Both the position numbers and the translations under genes were made by a program. From the NCBI RefSeq assembly GCF_040938485.1, contig NW_027271973.1:1-64000 (forward strand): a stretch of DNA of 64,000 bases, given 5' to 3'. How positions within the stretch are numbered: position 1 is the first letter of the stretch; each line of letters opens with the position of its first letter. Of the stretch, positions 13,383 to 26,262 are shown piece by piece. The notes below the pieces were generated by a model. That model saw only the letters and a program-made list of their open reading frames with translations. It made no database searches and was not told the DNA's origin. The DNA is from Diadema antillarum. Lineage: Eukaryota.

Positions 13383-14637
13383 GTGTTAGCTTTCACAGAG
13401 ATGCTCCCACTCATGGTTGTGCCTGCATATCTGTGCTTGGTGTTTCTGTTTGCCCGTATGAAAGCTGTGTGTACAGGATAGCAAGTAGAAACATGTTGAT
13501 TTATTTCCCTTACGAGGAAGAATATCAGTGAAGGTATCGATCATGGTCAAATGGTAAAATGCTTGACTTTAGATTTGTGCAACAATCAATTCCATAATCT
13601 TATATTAATGTAAGATCATTTACAAAGAGCTTCATTCCTGTCAACATTTTATGTAACCCATCATATTACAATCAAAATTGAAGACATTTGGGGGGGGGGC
13701 AAACTAATAGCTGTGCTCTTATCAGGCAAACATTTGGTAAAAAATTGGACAAATGAGAAGTGCAATCATTTCATATAACCCAACATAACGGTTCAGAAGC
13801 CTATATGTACAATATTCCACTTTGCTGGATTTCAAATCAATTTGCTCTTGAAGTCAAACTGAGCTATACAGGAGGCTATTTACATGTGTGTGTTGCATAT
13901 TATGACGCACAGATCGACAGATTTGATCCATTTGTTATCTATGTGGACTTTGGCCTCTAGATCTGTATCTCTTTATGTTGATGCCCACACTGGCAAGTTG
14001 TAGGTTGATAAGAATGGTATTAGGAGGTCAGAGTTTGAACGGTCAGCTCAAAATTGGCACGGGGTTCCTATGTTCTCCTTTAATTAGTATTACATGTACT
14101 GGCAATATTCAATATTCAATATTTGGCATGTGGTGGAAGGGCCAGATTATTGTTGTTATTTTTTTCCTCCAGTCAGTATTTTATTTTGTACTCAAAATAC
14201 AGCATTAATTATTGAAGTGATCACATATGACAGTACATGACAATGAATGGATTGTTGTTTGGCTTAGTAAATTATTATGCATTCACATTTTGGTCGACTG
14301 TGTGAATGTATAATGGAAAGAATGTAAGAGAGCAAAGTCGAAAAGGCATGAAAATGATAGACACCCTCTTAAAAACATGCCAAAGTCTGGTCTGTATGCC
14401 AAATACATGGTAAGCATACATAATTGTCAAAGGTGACTGCACATCCTTGCAATAACTATGGGGATGAGGCATACAATGTACATTATATAACCGTTATCCA
14501 TGCCGCTGAGTGCAGGTTCCCTTTAGTATACTGTGTTTCAATATTTGGCATTTATAGTGGGAAGGGCCAGATTCTTGGTTTGTCTTAAGACTGTTATGAG
14601 ATAAAATTACAACAACTACATGTCAAACATCTCATTT

Positions 14638-14666
14638 GCATCATCATCATCATCATCATCATCATC

Positions 14667-14697
<31 letters not shown>

Positions 14698-14770
14698 TAA
14701 TAATGATAATAATATGAAATATTTATAAAGCCGTTAATACAATGTTTCGAAGCGCTTTACAATTATCAAA
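14638..14770 (-). mobile_element. SINE 3' end remnant with (CAT)n/(AAT)n tail
   Basis: Minus strand reads TGTAAAGCGCTTCGAAAC...TTTATAAATATT...(TAT)n; a similar remnant lies at about 5240-5340. Confidence 0.55.
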
Positions 14771-14781
14771 ACAAACAAACA

Positions 14782-14819
<38 letters not shown>

Positions 14820-14865
14820 GTGTATGTGTGGGGGGGGGGGGTTGTTTTATGTGTATCGGTTATTA

Positions 14866-15062
14866 CGATGCACTCTATAACAAACACAGTCATGTACAAA
14901 ATTCTTGTTACAATCAAGTAAAAATTCATCTCCCCAAAATCATCATCTGCATATCTATGTACACCGTAGGCCTACTTACTGTTCAGTTATAACAGAATTT
15001 TGATAAAATGAAAGAAAACCGCCAGTCCAGAGAACTTTGTTACAAATGGGAATTGCGTGTAT
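14866..15062. mobile_element. Degenerate, internally deleted copy of the 11640 Tigger-like MITE
   Basis: TGCACTCTATAACAAACACAG...CCCAAAAT and GTTCAGTTATAACAGAATTT...GAAAGAAAACCGCCAGTCC align by eye to both ends of 11640-12098. Confidence 0.6.
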
Positions 15063-15464
15063 GATCAGACTTGAAAGGAGGAAACAGACATGATATGCAC
15101 TCGACAAGCATTCTATGTATTCTTCCATCATAATCTATGGTTCTAAACTTAATTATTTGAAACAGAAACAGCAAGTCCCAAAGCAAAACCTATCAAAATC
15201 AGGAAGTTATTTCAAATGTAAAGTACAATGTATCAAGTTCTTGACAAATCTGTACATACTTTGAGAATGACAATACAGTCCTGCTATTATATGTAATATA
15301 ACAAACACACACACACATATGGACATTTTCATGGATTTTGTGTAACCAGAAATTAGGGCATTAAATGAAAGAATGTGAATATTTTTGCTCGTTATATGTA
15401 AAAGACTATTTCATGTTAAACATATGAAATTCATCTTGCCTGGCCAAGAGCAAATATATAGATA

Positions 15465-16015
15465 CAGTCAAACCTGCCTTAGCGGCCACCTGTCTATAGC
15501 GGCCACCTGTCTATAGCGGCCACTGCAAAATCCCCCCGAGAGAAAAGCCCTGTTAAAGACCCTGTGTATAGCGGCCACCTCTCTAACGCGGCCAGCGGCC
15601 ACAAATTTTGTTTCCCGCGGGAGATATTAACCTGTCTATAGCGGCCAAAAACCCAATGGAGCCGTAGCCAAGCCGATAATTCAGCGTATTTTTCTGTTTT
15701 AGTAGCCGTGCGAGCAACGTTCAGTGATCACCACCACTGCATTCATCCCTCATTCAGTCATAATAATGCACGATTCTTCACGACAATAAAAATGCTACTG
15801 TGCAACAATTTCATATACACCGGCATGGTTAAATGCATGAAACACACGGTGTGTTCATACGTACACACACACATGTACATGTAAGGATATAACGATGATA
15901 CGTGTACATGTAAGCAATGCACACAAAGTTAGATTACCTGTCTATAGCGGCCACCTGTCTATAACGGCCACTTTTTCCGTCTCCCTTGGGTGGCCGCTAT
16001 AGACAGGTTTGACTG
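15465..16015. mobile_element. Tc1/mariner (pogo-like) MITE, TA target
   Basis: TA|CAGTCAAACCTG ... CAGGTTTGACTG|TA; repeated GCGGCCACCTGTCTATA subterminal motif. Confidence 0.92.
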
Positions 16016-16327
16016 TATATACAAATTATATATACGTGTATATTCATTCATTTATTTATAACTAGAGCAAATATTGACACTTTTACAGTAAATTGTATAT
16101 CAACCATGGATTATTCTCTTGGCCTTCCGTGGTATGTGTAATTACTTTCATGTGTCTCATTCAAAAACATTGTTGATATTTCATAGCTAAGAAAGCAACA
16201 TCACAACCATGTGCACATATAGCTATGCAGTTCCTTGATTAACCCATGGAACACAATCCTAATTTGTAAACTGTCATTCATATGGCAGTATATGTGCTTT
16301 TCAGGCTTCTCAGATTTTATGTTGATT

Positions 16328-16543
16328 NNNNNNNNNNNNNNNNNNNNNNNNNNNNNNNNNNNNNNNNNNNNNNNNNNNNNNNNNNNNNNNNNNNNNNNNN
16401 NNNNNNNNNNNNNNNNNNNNNNNNNNNNNNNNNNNNNNNNNNNNNNNNNNNNNNNNNNNNNNNNNNNNNNNNNNNNNNNNNNNNNNNNNNNNNNNNNNNN
16501 NNNNNNNNNNNNNNNNNNNNNNNNNNNNNNNNNNNNNNNNNNN
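16328..16543. other. Assembly gap (216 N)
   Basis: Run of N. Confidence 1.
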
Positions 16544-17729
16544 ACTGAATTATGAACCAAACATTTTGATTTCAGCAATTTCTGGCAGAGGTGACACTCA
16601 ATTCTTTCCTTTTCTCCCTCTTTTCACTTATATTACCTGTCGCTTTCCCCTTGCAACTCATAAGCTCAAGTGTTGATGTTACATTGTACATTGTAGTGTT
16701 GTATCATTTTGGCCACTCTCACCTAGCTATGAGATTTTAACCTAATCTTGGTGTCATTGTTCCTTTACCAAGTTCACTTGAAATTTGACACAAACATTGG
16801 TGAAAGCACATAAAATTTGCTGCACTATGCGTTTAATAGAAAAAGTTAAATGCATTGTACGTGTACTCCTCAGAGAATGCAGGATTGAATAGTACATTAG
16901 AAAATTGTACATCACAGTCTAAGAGCATACAACACTTTGATCATTTGTGTGACAACAGTATGAGCAGTACTGTACTTGGCATATGTCAATGGGCAGAAAC
17001 AGGTACTATGAAGAGTATACACAACATAGGTACTGTAATACATGCATTTATCTCATTTGGATACATTATCATAATAAAGTCACATACTGGTATTAAGAGC
17101 AAATGTAGAGATAAAACTGTTATTAATGAATTGTACTCAGCCTCATTACACAAAGAATTCAAATGAGTAGTAATGCAGTTTCTTCAATCTGGAGAATCTA
17201 CAACAATGTATGCAGGCCTAAATCATCATGTACAATGTGAACAGCAACACAATGTCACAGTGAATCCATTTTCTTTTCTTTTTTTTTAAGCAATGAGCTA
17301 TTCATAGTTAAAGACAAGAACATTGAAACAATAGTAAATATACATTTCATTTTACCCTTCAGTTCATAGCATTACATGTATCAGTGTACGAGCAATGCTC
17401 AAGCTGAGGGTCAATGTCAGGTACCCATTGACACACCAGGGTCAATAGAGATATGAACGTGAAATATTTGCTTCATGGATGAAATCATTATTCAAGAACC
17501 TCACAAGAGATTTTATGAGTCCCGAGCAATCTATAACTGTTCCAGGACTCCACAGACAACACTTTCGGTGTACTTTTCCTCTGTAAAACTGAACAAATTG
17601 TATTCTACCCATATTTTTACAGTCTCACAGGTACGGACCATTGTCAATAAACCCACTCATCGAATTGCAACAACAGTCCCCATTTGTCAACTTGGTACTT
17701 ACTGCTTATGAGGCAGCTTCACTAGAGAA

Positions 17730-17952
17730 GAAGATATTTACAGATTCCTTAATTTGGGAGCCCAGGGGGATATGGTACCTATTTGGATAAATTCAGATGC
17801 TATCATCCAAGGGATGCTATCCATCAAATTTGGTGAAAATCTGTCACGAGACTTTTAAGAAGAAGCTGAAAATGTGGAAAAAAAAATTAATACAGCTCAC
17901 TTGTATCATGCACATAGCTCACCTGTGCCTTTGGCTCAGGTGAGCTAAAAAA
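17730..17952 (+). mobile_element. 3' part of a Helentron-associated non-autonomous element (HINE / pearl-like)
   Basis: Terminal hairpin TAGCTCACCTG (17915-17925) / CAGGTGAGCTA (17937-17947) followed by an A-run; upstream AAATTTGGTGAAAATC...GAAGAAGCTGAAAATGT core. The 5' boundary is approximate. Confidence 0.6.
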
Positions 17953-18097
17953 AAACCCACACAATACATGTATGTACAAAACAAAATTGCAAGTAGCACC
18001 ACATATTTTTAGCACAAAAATATCAGAAATATCTGGCAATAATCCTCTTGCCAACCCCCTGCATTACTCTTCAGTACCCTTTCTAGCACAGAGCATA

Positions 18098-18350
18098 GCG
18101 TCGATGGGGTGACAAGACCTTGTATCTCAAAAATGTCACTTTTTTTTTTTTTTTTTTGGCTTAATGGTCAAATAATGGGTCAAGTGATGTCTTGGCCAAA
18201 TCCCAACTGTCTTACTCCAAAAATGAAGCCACCATGACATGTCAAAGGAAAGGCTTTCCCATTCACTACAGTGCTTTGGCCGCCATGTTTTTTTGCTCTC
18301 CTAAACATTTGTCATTTTTGAGATACGAGGTCTTGTCACCCCAGCGACGA
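18098..18350. mobile_element. MITE with about 40-bp TIRs, TA target
   Basis: TA|GCGTCGATGGGGTGACAAGACCTTGTATCTCAAAAATG ... CATTTTTGAGATACGAGGTCTTGTCACCCCAGCGACGA|TA. Confidence 0.85.
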
Positions 18351-19597
18351 TAGGTACTTTACGAACAGCTATTTCTACCTCCTTCCATGAATAATCAGGC
18401 AGCTTGCCGTGTCCGGGTTTTCAATTTGTGACACTAAAGAATCCTACATTTTAGCTTAATCTTTAATTCATATGACTTATTCCTTATTGTTTATATATAC
18501 AGTACCTACTGGAAATTATTACAAGCTTGTTTGATCTTCTTTCATCTGGTTGAATCTATGAATTATTACTGTTCTCAGTAAAAATGAAGAGCGATATATT
18601 ATGCACATATACAGTGTACATGTACATATATTTGAACATTTACATATTTGCACCACTGACAGTTGAAGATTTGGAAATACATTATCAGATTTGCTCGTAA
18701 TAGTTTTCTTCTGAGTTGCACATCTGAAAAAAAAAAAATCACTTGTGGCCATGAATTGAATATCAGGTAGATCTTCAACCATTATCTGAAGTTCATAATC
18801 AATTTAATCACTGGCTCTTTGAATATGTGCTTGGCAAGTTTGGTCATAATTCCATTCTGTCAATGACAAAAGTAAGTCTAGCTCTGACTTAATATCAAAA
18901 AATGGACCAGATTTATATGTGATAGTCTGCTTCTTTTTCTTATTTTTTCAGATCCTGAACCAGTTCTGTTCTCTAATACTTGCTGAGACTACATATTTTG
19001 TAGATGTAAAACACTTGTAGATGATAATTTCCAAATGCCATTTTACAGTACTGTACATGTAGGCTAGTAGCTTGTCCACTTGCAGATGAGTCCAATAAAG
19101 CACTCATACACTGGAATCCATCATCCCTTCATTATGAACAGAATTATTAAAATAAGGACCAGCCATGACTCACATAACATCACTCAAAGTCTACAGCGTA
19201 TATGGCAAGGCAATAACAACTCTGTCAGCAGTAAACATCAAAAACCTTGGTTCATCAACACTTAGCACCAGAACAAAAAGGGTTATTCCTACCAGGCATT
19301 ATATGTTTATGCATTGTATAAGAACATGATTACCAGTATATAAGAGCCCTCATAATACTGTCTTACTTGTTACTGACTGACAAGCTTTGAAATTTGATTT
19401 ATCCTATTCAAATAAATTCTACTCTTCACCAACAAAATACTAAGAATGAATACTGGGGGAAACCCAGGCGAATACAGTCAAAAGAAGTCATTGCACAGTG
19501 ATTCCAGCATTCAGGAAGAAATGTAATATTCATACAACTTGCAATCTGCATACTGTAAACACAATATAGCAGCACAGCTGTTGGCTGGCTTGTTTAA

Positions 19598-20165
19598 AGG
19601 ACAAGTTCACCTTCATAAACATAAGGATTGAGAGAATGCAACAATATTAGTAGAACACATCAGTGAAAGTTTGAGGAAAATTGGACAATCGATGCAAAAG
19701 TTATGAATTTTTAAAATTTTTGTGTTGGAACCGCTGGATGAGGAGACTACTACAGCTTGTGAGCCATATGCGTACAACAGTACAAAGATAATGTAAAGAA
19801 AATTCAACATATTTTCACTTTTTGCGCATAATAAAAGAGCACTTCACTTGCCTCTTTCTAAAGGCAGGGGGAATAATATTACCCATAACATTTGTCGGTA
19901 ACGAGTCGGGGGAATGTGTACTTTTTTCAAAAGATGAAATTTTGTGAAATTCTCTTTATATTTTCCTTATATTGTTGTACGCATGTGACATCTAAGTTAT
20001 TCACACACTGCAGTAGTCTTCTCATCCAGCGGTTACTGCATAAAAACTTCAAAAATTCGTAACTTTTGAACGGATTGTCCGATTTTCCTCAAACTTTCAA
20101 TGATGTGTTCTACTAATATTGCTACATTCTCTCAATCCTTATGTTTATGAAGGTGAACTTGACCT
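19598..20165. mobile_element. Kolobok/T2-type MITE, inverted sister of 4441-5010
   Basis: TTAA|AGGACAAGTTCACC ... GGTGAACTTGACCT|TTAA; the sequence is close to the reverse complement of 4441-5010. Confidence 0.9.
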
Positions 20166-20546
20166 TTAAAATCCACGTCAGATCACGCGGTGTGAAAGCT
20201 TAAAAGGTATTATTCAGTACATTGCCTTTAAAGAGGATTTTAGAATTTGGTTTATTCAGTTTCACTATCTGTTCCTCGTAATATACAATTTTGATTTTCC
20301 ACAAGCTAAATGTTGAGTTGCAAGAGGCCTCCTATTGGATATATTAGAGCACTCATTGTACATTCATTATACTGCTAGTCTTCTACGCAGTTTTGCCAAT
20401 TTTATACTTGTGAACACATGCATGCACACACAAATGCTTTATGCATTTACAAGTGCAATACCTCATGATCAAGATATGCCATACTTTATTTACATGTAGG
20501 TGGTGTGCATGCTCTCTAGTGTTGCACCTCATAGCTATCCTGGATA

Positions 20547-23091
20547 ATGGATTTTAAGTGTTTTGTCTGCAATTTGATTTTACAGGGACTATTGAAGCTT
20601 TTCTCACATCTGCATTGTGCGCATGCACTCTTTGATGGACCAGGACTAATTCTACAGTGTGGTCAAGGAGGATGCCCTCAAACTTTCTTCACATTCAATT
20701 CACTCAGGAAACATTTATTGAATACACATGGGAATAATGAAGCTGACCAGTTGATTCCTGGCAATCCTCAAAATGATCATGAAGGTAACCAAGAGCATGC
20801 TGACATACATGTACATCATGTGTATGATGATGCTGTATATGAAGAAAACAATGCAGTAAAAGAAAATGATGCTGATGAAGATCTTGAAAGAGGTGCTGAT
20901 TTACAGCTTCAGAAACGGGCTGCACTTTTCATCACTGCTTTACTCTCGCAACCTAACGTAACCTATGCTACTGTCCATAGAGTTGTCGAACAATCGTCGT
21001 CTTTAATTGATGACAATAGTTACTTCCTTAGAGCACAAGACTGCAGATTTCTTACAAACATTGGATGTAGACCCATGTTCACCTGCATACCAAGCATTGA
21101 CTGCATCTTTTCATGATACTAAGAAACCATTTTCTACATTGCAATCTCGCTATCAACAAGAGTAGTATTTTCAAGAGGAACTTGTTCTGGGAAATCCTTT
21201 TGACACTAGAGTGGGTAAATCTACTGGCCTTTCCAGGCAAGTCCTTGTGCAAGATACCTTTCAGTATGTGTCATTAAAGGAAACACTTGGAGTAGTCCTG
21301 AATAATCCTAAAGTAGTAGCAGATATGGCTACAATTTCTCCTTCAACTGACGGTGTGAAGAGATACTACTGTGATGGTGCGCAGTTTAGATCACATCCGC
21401 TATTTGAAGTATGTCCAGATGCCCTGCAAATTTCATTATTTTTTGATGACTTTGAGGTAACAAATCCAATTGGATCAAAGCGAGGAGTGCGTAAGTTAGG
21501 AGCTTTGTATTACACATTGCAAAACATCCCTTCAAGACTGAATTCTACTCTACCTCATATACATTTGCTTGGCTTGTTTCATAGCTTGGATCGTGACAAG
21601 TATGGATTTAACTCCATACTTGAACCATTTATGGAGGAGTTGGCTGAATTGGAACCTAACGAGGGAATGGAATTAACACTCAGTGGTGGAGTCGTGAGGA
21701 AAAGAGGTACATTGATTCAAGCAGCAGCCGACAACTTAGGTGCTAACACTTTAGGTGGTTTTGTAGAAAGTTTTGGTGCAAACTATCCATGTAGAACCTG
21801 TATGACATCAAGACCAGATATGCAATTTTGCTTTGCAGATGACCAGTGTGAAAAGAGAAATCCAGAAAACCATGCAATACATGTGCAATCTGTTATGCAC
21901 AATCCGCGGTCAGTCTCTGATCATGGAGTAAAGAGTGAATGTATCTTAAACAAATCAAAGTATTTTCATATCACAAGAAACTATTCTCCAGATATCATGC
22001 ATGATATTCTTGAAGGTGTTGGAAAAGTGGAGTGCAAATTGATCCTCAATCATCTATTCTAAGTAGAAAATTTGTTCACACTCGATCTGTTGAATTTGGT
22101 GAGAGATTGTCTAACTTCTCTTATGGTTTTGTTGATATCAAAAATAAACCATCAGTAATCAATGCAAGTACCTTACAGAATGATGATAGTACATGTAACT
22201 TTAAGAATACTGCATCGCAGATGTGGTGCCTCTTGCGATGTTTACCAATTTTGATTGGTGATAAAGTTCCCAAAGGCAAACTGTATTGGGAACTGCTGAT
22301 TCTCCTCAGACAGGTAATGGACATTGCATTTGCTAGGGAGATAACTGACACAATGATTGCTCACTTGCGTTGCCACATTGAGGACCACCATACTCTATTC
22401 AAGAGATTATTTCCAGGACATAATTTCAAACCAAAGCATCATTTTCTCGTCCACTACCCCTTCATGTGCAAGCAAGTTGGCCCTCTCATTAACTCTTGGT
22501 GTATGAGGTATGAAGCAAAGCATGCCATTGGCAAACGTATGGCGAATGTTGTCTATAATTTTAAGGACATTGCACAAACAATTGCAGAAAGACAGCAAAT
22601 CAGTCAATGTCGTAGATGGTTCACACATGGAGTTGAACAGAAGCCTGTAGTACAGCATGTTGATAAGAAGCCTGTCTGAGAAACTGGATGAGGGATGTGC
22701 CCTACTACTTGAGAAATTCCCAACTCTGTGTAGAGATGATGAAGTAATGGTAACAAAGAGTTTGACTCTATCTGGCACAGAGTACAGATCAGGCATGAGT
22801 GTTGCCATTGGTGCACATGATTGCATGCCTACTTTTGGAAAGGTGATAGCTGCTTACTGTGTTGGAAGCCAATTTTATTTGTATGGAACAGTCTGGGAAA
22901 CACAGGGCTTTGAGGATCATGTTTATGCATATGAGGTTTTGCCTAAATTTCCACAAGAGTATTTCCTTCTTCAGCAGAATGAATTGAGGAGTTATCTTCC
23001 TCTTCAGGCATACAATTTGTATGATGAGCGACAGGATATGGACCCCATCATGTACGTTTCACTGAGAAGTGCCATTATTCTGACAGGTTAG
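20547..23091 (+). pseudogene. EnSpm/CACTA (CMC) transposase remnant with an N-terminal C2H2-like finger; frameshifts and a stop
   Basis: ORF pieces 20547-21116, 21211-22062, 22032-22679 and 22657-23091 carry DGAQFRSHPLF, LFFDDFEVTNPIGS, ADNLGAN..GGFVESF...YPCRTC, PDIMHDILEGV, KPKHHFLVHYP and WCMRYEAKH, motifs of animal EnSpm transposases. In-frame TAG near 21163. No terminal repeats were found. Confidence 0.85.
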
Positions 23092-23808
23092 AAAGAAAAC
23101 ATGCTTATGCAGTTCGATGGAAGAAAAGCAGGCAAAATATGAAAGTGAATATCAAATACAATTTACACAAAATTTATGAATTTCTTACATTTTATGTAAT
23201 TCTCCCATGAATTGATAAGTCTATTTGATTGTTGTTGTTTTTTTATTTATTTATTTTTTTTTTTTTTATTTCAAAATGTGCTACAAAAGTAGGATATTCT
23301 TTCATGTTCATAGTTTTATCAGCCATTCAAAACAAACACCCCATTGGAACTTACTACATAAGATCCTGGCAATTAATTGATGAGGGACTACCAGTATATT
23401 ACACTGGACTGTCATGTGACAATAATGTCAGGAGAAACATGCCAAAATGTATAAATTTGTGATTACATATGTACATGTACATGTGAATCTTGCATCCAAA
23501 TAAAACCACTTGTGTCAAATTGCAGGCATTTCCTATTTAACATACTGTACACTTAATTGCTTAATTAATGTTTTGTATTCGTTGCATTTATGATCATTAC
23601 ATTTCTAAAATTTTAATTTGAAGTGAATTTGATAGTTTCTGTATCTATAAAAATCAAATTGATTAATTTCTCCTTTGAATACCAATATTGCATTCAGTTA
23701 ATTTCAGAGGGAAAAGACAAACAAATTTACTTTTATGTGTACATATGTGTATACATTTGTAGTTTCACTCTAAACATGTGTATGTATGTCTTTAATTTCA
23801 GATTAAAA

Positions 23809-24860
23809 ATGGCGAATGAACAGGGCTGTGCTAGTTTCTGTGTGACCTACAAGCAGAAGACAAAATTGATGACATGCAGCGTTTCTTCTTCTGATTAACT
23901 ATTTCAGAATTTATGGGTAAAGATTGCGCAAAAGTTTAAACTGGCAACAGACGAATACCTCGTAAAACTAAAAGTTGATAAATTTAATTCATATGTGGAC
24001 ATCGATTGTGAGGATCCAGAAGACCTGGAACTTTTAAGGAATGGAGGTGCAATCTTAGTAGAGCCAGCTTGTCTATCACCACAAGGATCTTCGCCAAGTT
24101 CTCAACTCAACCAAAGTCCAGAGAGATTGCCTACATCCCCAGCACGTACACTCGAACCCCACAGCTTATTCACCACACCCTCATCAGACAAGAATGTGGA
24201 TGAACTCACAAAATCACCTCTTAGCGGTGTTGGCACCAGTGGTCCTCAATCCCAGTGCACACATGCATCGCCTTCTGGTAAAGCAAAGGTAATGGCATAG
24301 CTACAATTGATATTTGCAAAACAAATTGCAGCGAATTAGAATTGAAAGAAGCAGGTGTACAGAATAGTTCATCACTGTAGAAATGTTTGGTTGGAAACAC
24401 GTACTGACGTACATGTATGGATTTGAATATATTAATTGGTCAATTTGTCGGATGTCTAAATACAGCAATTCAGGGCAATATGCAAATGTTTCTTCCAACC
24501 TTTTTTCCCTGCCAAATAATGTGATTCTCTCTCTCTCTCTCTCTCTTCCATTCTTCAGTTGAAGAAGTGATTAACTTATTGTCCCGCATCAGTTGATGGA
24601 ATATTGCATTATTGTTTATAGATATCAATTAAACCTTTTCTTTACATTCTCTTTTCAAAGCAAACATATAACTGACTTATTTGAATCTAAACTTGTACTA
24701 TTAACTTTGATAAAATCAATCGTAATTGTACCCATTAATTCATCTGCAGTGCTTTGATGTGAGAGAAATTGTAAAGAATCACCCACGTGGAATGCTAGTG
24801 GAGAAGGAGTATGAGAAGAACAGGACCCTAACAACAGAATCCCGCCATCTCCTTACTTCA
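23809..24860 (+). pseudogene. Probable second (accessory) gene of the EnSpm element, spliced, disrupted and truncated
   Basis: MANEQGCASFCVTYKQKTKLM..., DKFNSYVDID, an S/P-rich linker, donor near 24289, then an exon FDVREIVKNHPRGMLVEKEYEKNRTLTTESRHLL. Resemblance to EnSpm accessory ORFs is from memory only. Confidence 0.5.
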
Positions 24861-24879
24861 ATGAGGCTACTGCTGATGA

Positions 24880-26260
24880 GATTTGTGAAGACAGCATTTC
24901 CCCAAGAAATCTGCCTCATTGCCCAGTGCATTCAAAAGGTTGTTCAGGATAAAGCACAGGGCATTCTAGTTACTCCAAACAGACCCACACTCGGGTGTGA
25001 TTCATTCTTCTCTCAGATGAAATTGTGGGAGAACCACTGGTTATCCATAGTTATCAGCAATTACTCACTCAACCTGTTTAAAAGACCCCTCACCCTCTTC
25101 AGGATTGTATTGATTTATCTGTCTGCATAGTTTCAGGGACAATTTGAATAGAAGAGAGAATTGTCCAAGGGAACAGTAGACATACTCTCAGTGGCATGAC
25201 ATGAGGGAACTAAGAAACAATATGCATCACATGTGAAACGGTGGAAGGACTAATATTGAAGAAGACAGCTGAATTACAGATGAGAATGGGGGGGGGGGGG
25301 GGGGTTGGTATGTGTTACTCATGGGTGTGGGGGCTAGTGAGCCATCCTAGCTTGCATCTTCAACATGCTTTAATAGACTTATTTGAAAGTAACAGTAAAT
25401 TAATACGGCCAGGTTGGCACAAAGTGTCAAATTCTATACCAATCATCTTAATGGTAATACTTGTACCATAAAAAGTTTACATTGAGAGCCATTTTGTCGT
25501 TGGAATATTGTAACGCAAAAAAAGTTTTCCACAGAATTTTTAGCCTCATTGAGTTTTTTACCTCCATTTTCTTACCCTGGGCCAAGGAATGTCTGTTTGT
25601 GTAAACACAAAAGCGCACAAGCAGTCCTTTAATGTGTCATGATTTTAGAATAAAAACAATGGCTGGTTCTAGTCCTTGGGCGAGCTGTCCTCCAAAGTAC
25701 GCAAATACTTTTTGATATGGTATAATGCTATGACTGACGGCCAATGGAGAAAATTAAAAACCTTCTGCTCTGATCATCATCTATGGGATGTACACATGGC
25801 AGAATTCACATCTGCTTTGAACTAGAGTTGTCACAATGCTCTCCGAGTGGAGCCTGCTTTCCCTAAGTCTCGGATGTTGCTGTTGTATTGAATTTATCTG
25901 AGAAAATGTGCACCAGCAAAAACATTGTCAATGAATCAACTAATGCACAAAGTTGTTGTGCTTATTTCAATTCAGCATGCACAAGCTTTGCACAAACTTT
26001 GAGTGGACAAGTGTGCCAAGGATCAAAGCAGGCTAGGAAACAGAGGATTTAAACTGAAATACCCAGTATATCCTCCTTGAAGAAGATTGTGCTTCGTTAT
26101 GTATCTCAAAAGATTCATAGAAATGACTCAGCCATTGAGAGAACAGGAAAAAGCTCTCCAATTAACCTACAAGAAGCCATATATTGAGGTGACCACACTA
26201 ATCATAATCGAGATGGATAAAACTTATCCTCCATTCTGTGGATGTGGACACAGCTTTATC
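24880..26260 (+). pseudogene. DIRS-type tyrosine-recombinase retrotransposon remnant (end of the RT/RNaseH ORF plus most of the YR ORF)
   Basis: AFP..CLIAQCIQKVVQDKAQGILVTPNRPT; TVDILSVA*HEGTKKQYASHVKRW; LCFVMYLKRFIEMTQPLREQEKALQLTYKKPYIEVTT; (frameshift) SRWIKLILHSVDVDT. Many stops and frameshifts. Confidence 0.75.
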
Positions 26261-26262
26261 TC

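Noticed and set aside
12511-16578. ORFs containing X runs or CV/VC repeats
   Set aside because: Artefacts of N gaps and the (GT)n microsatellite
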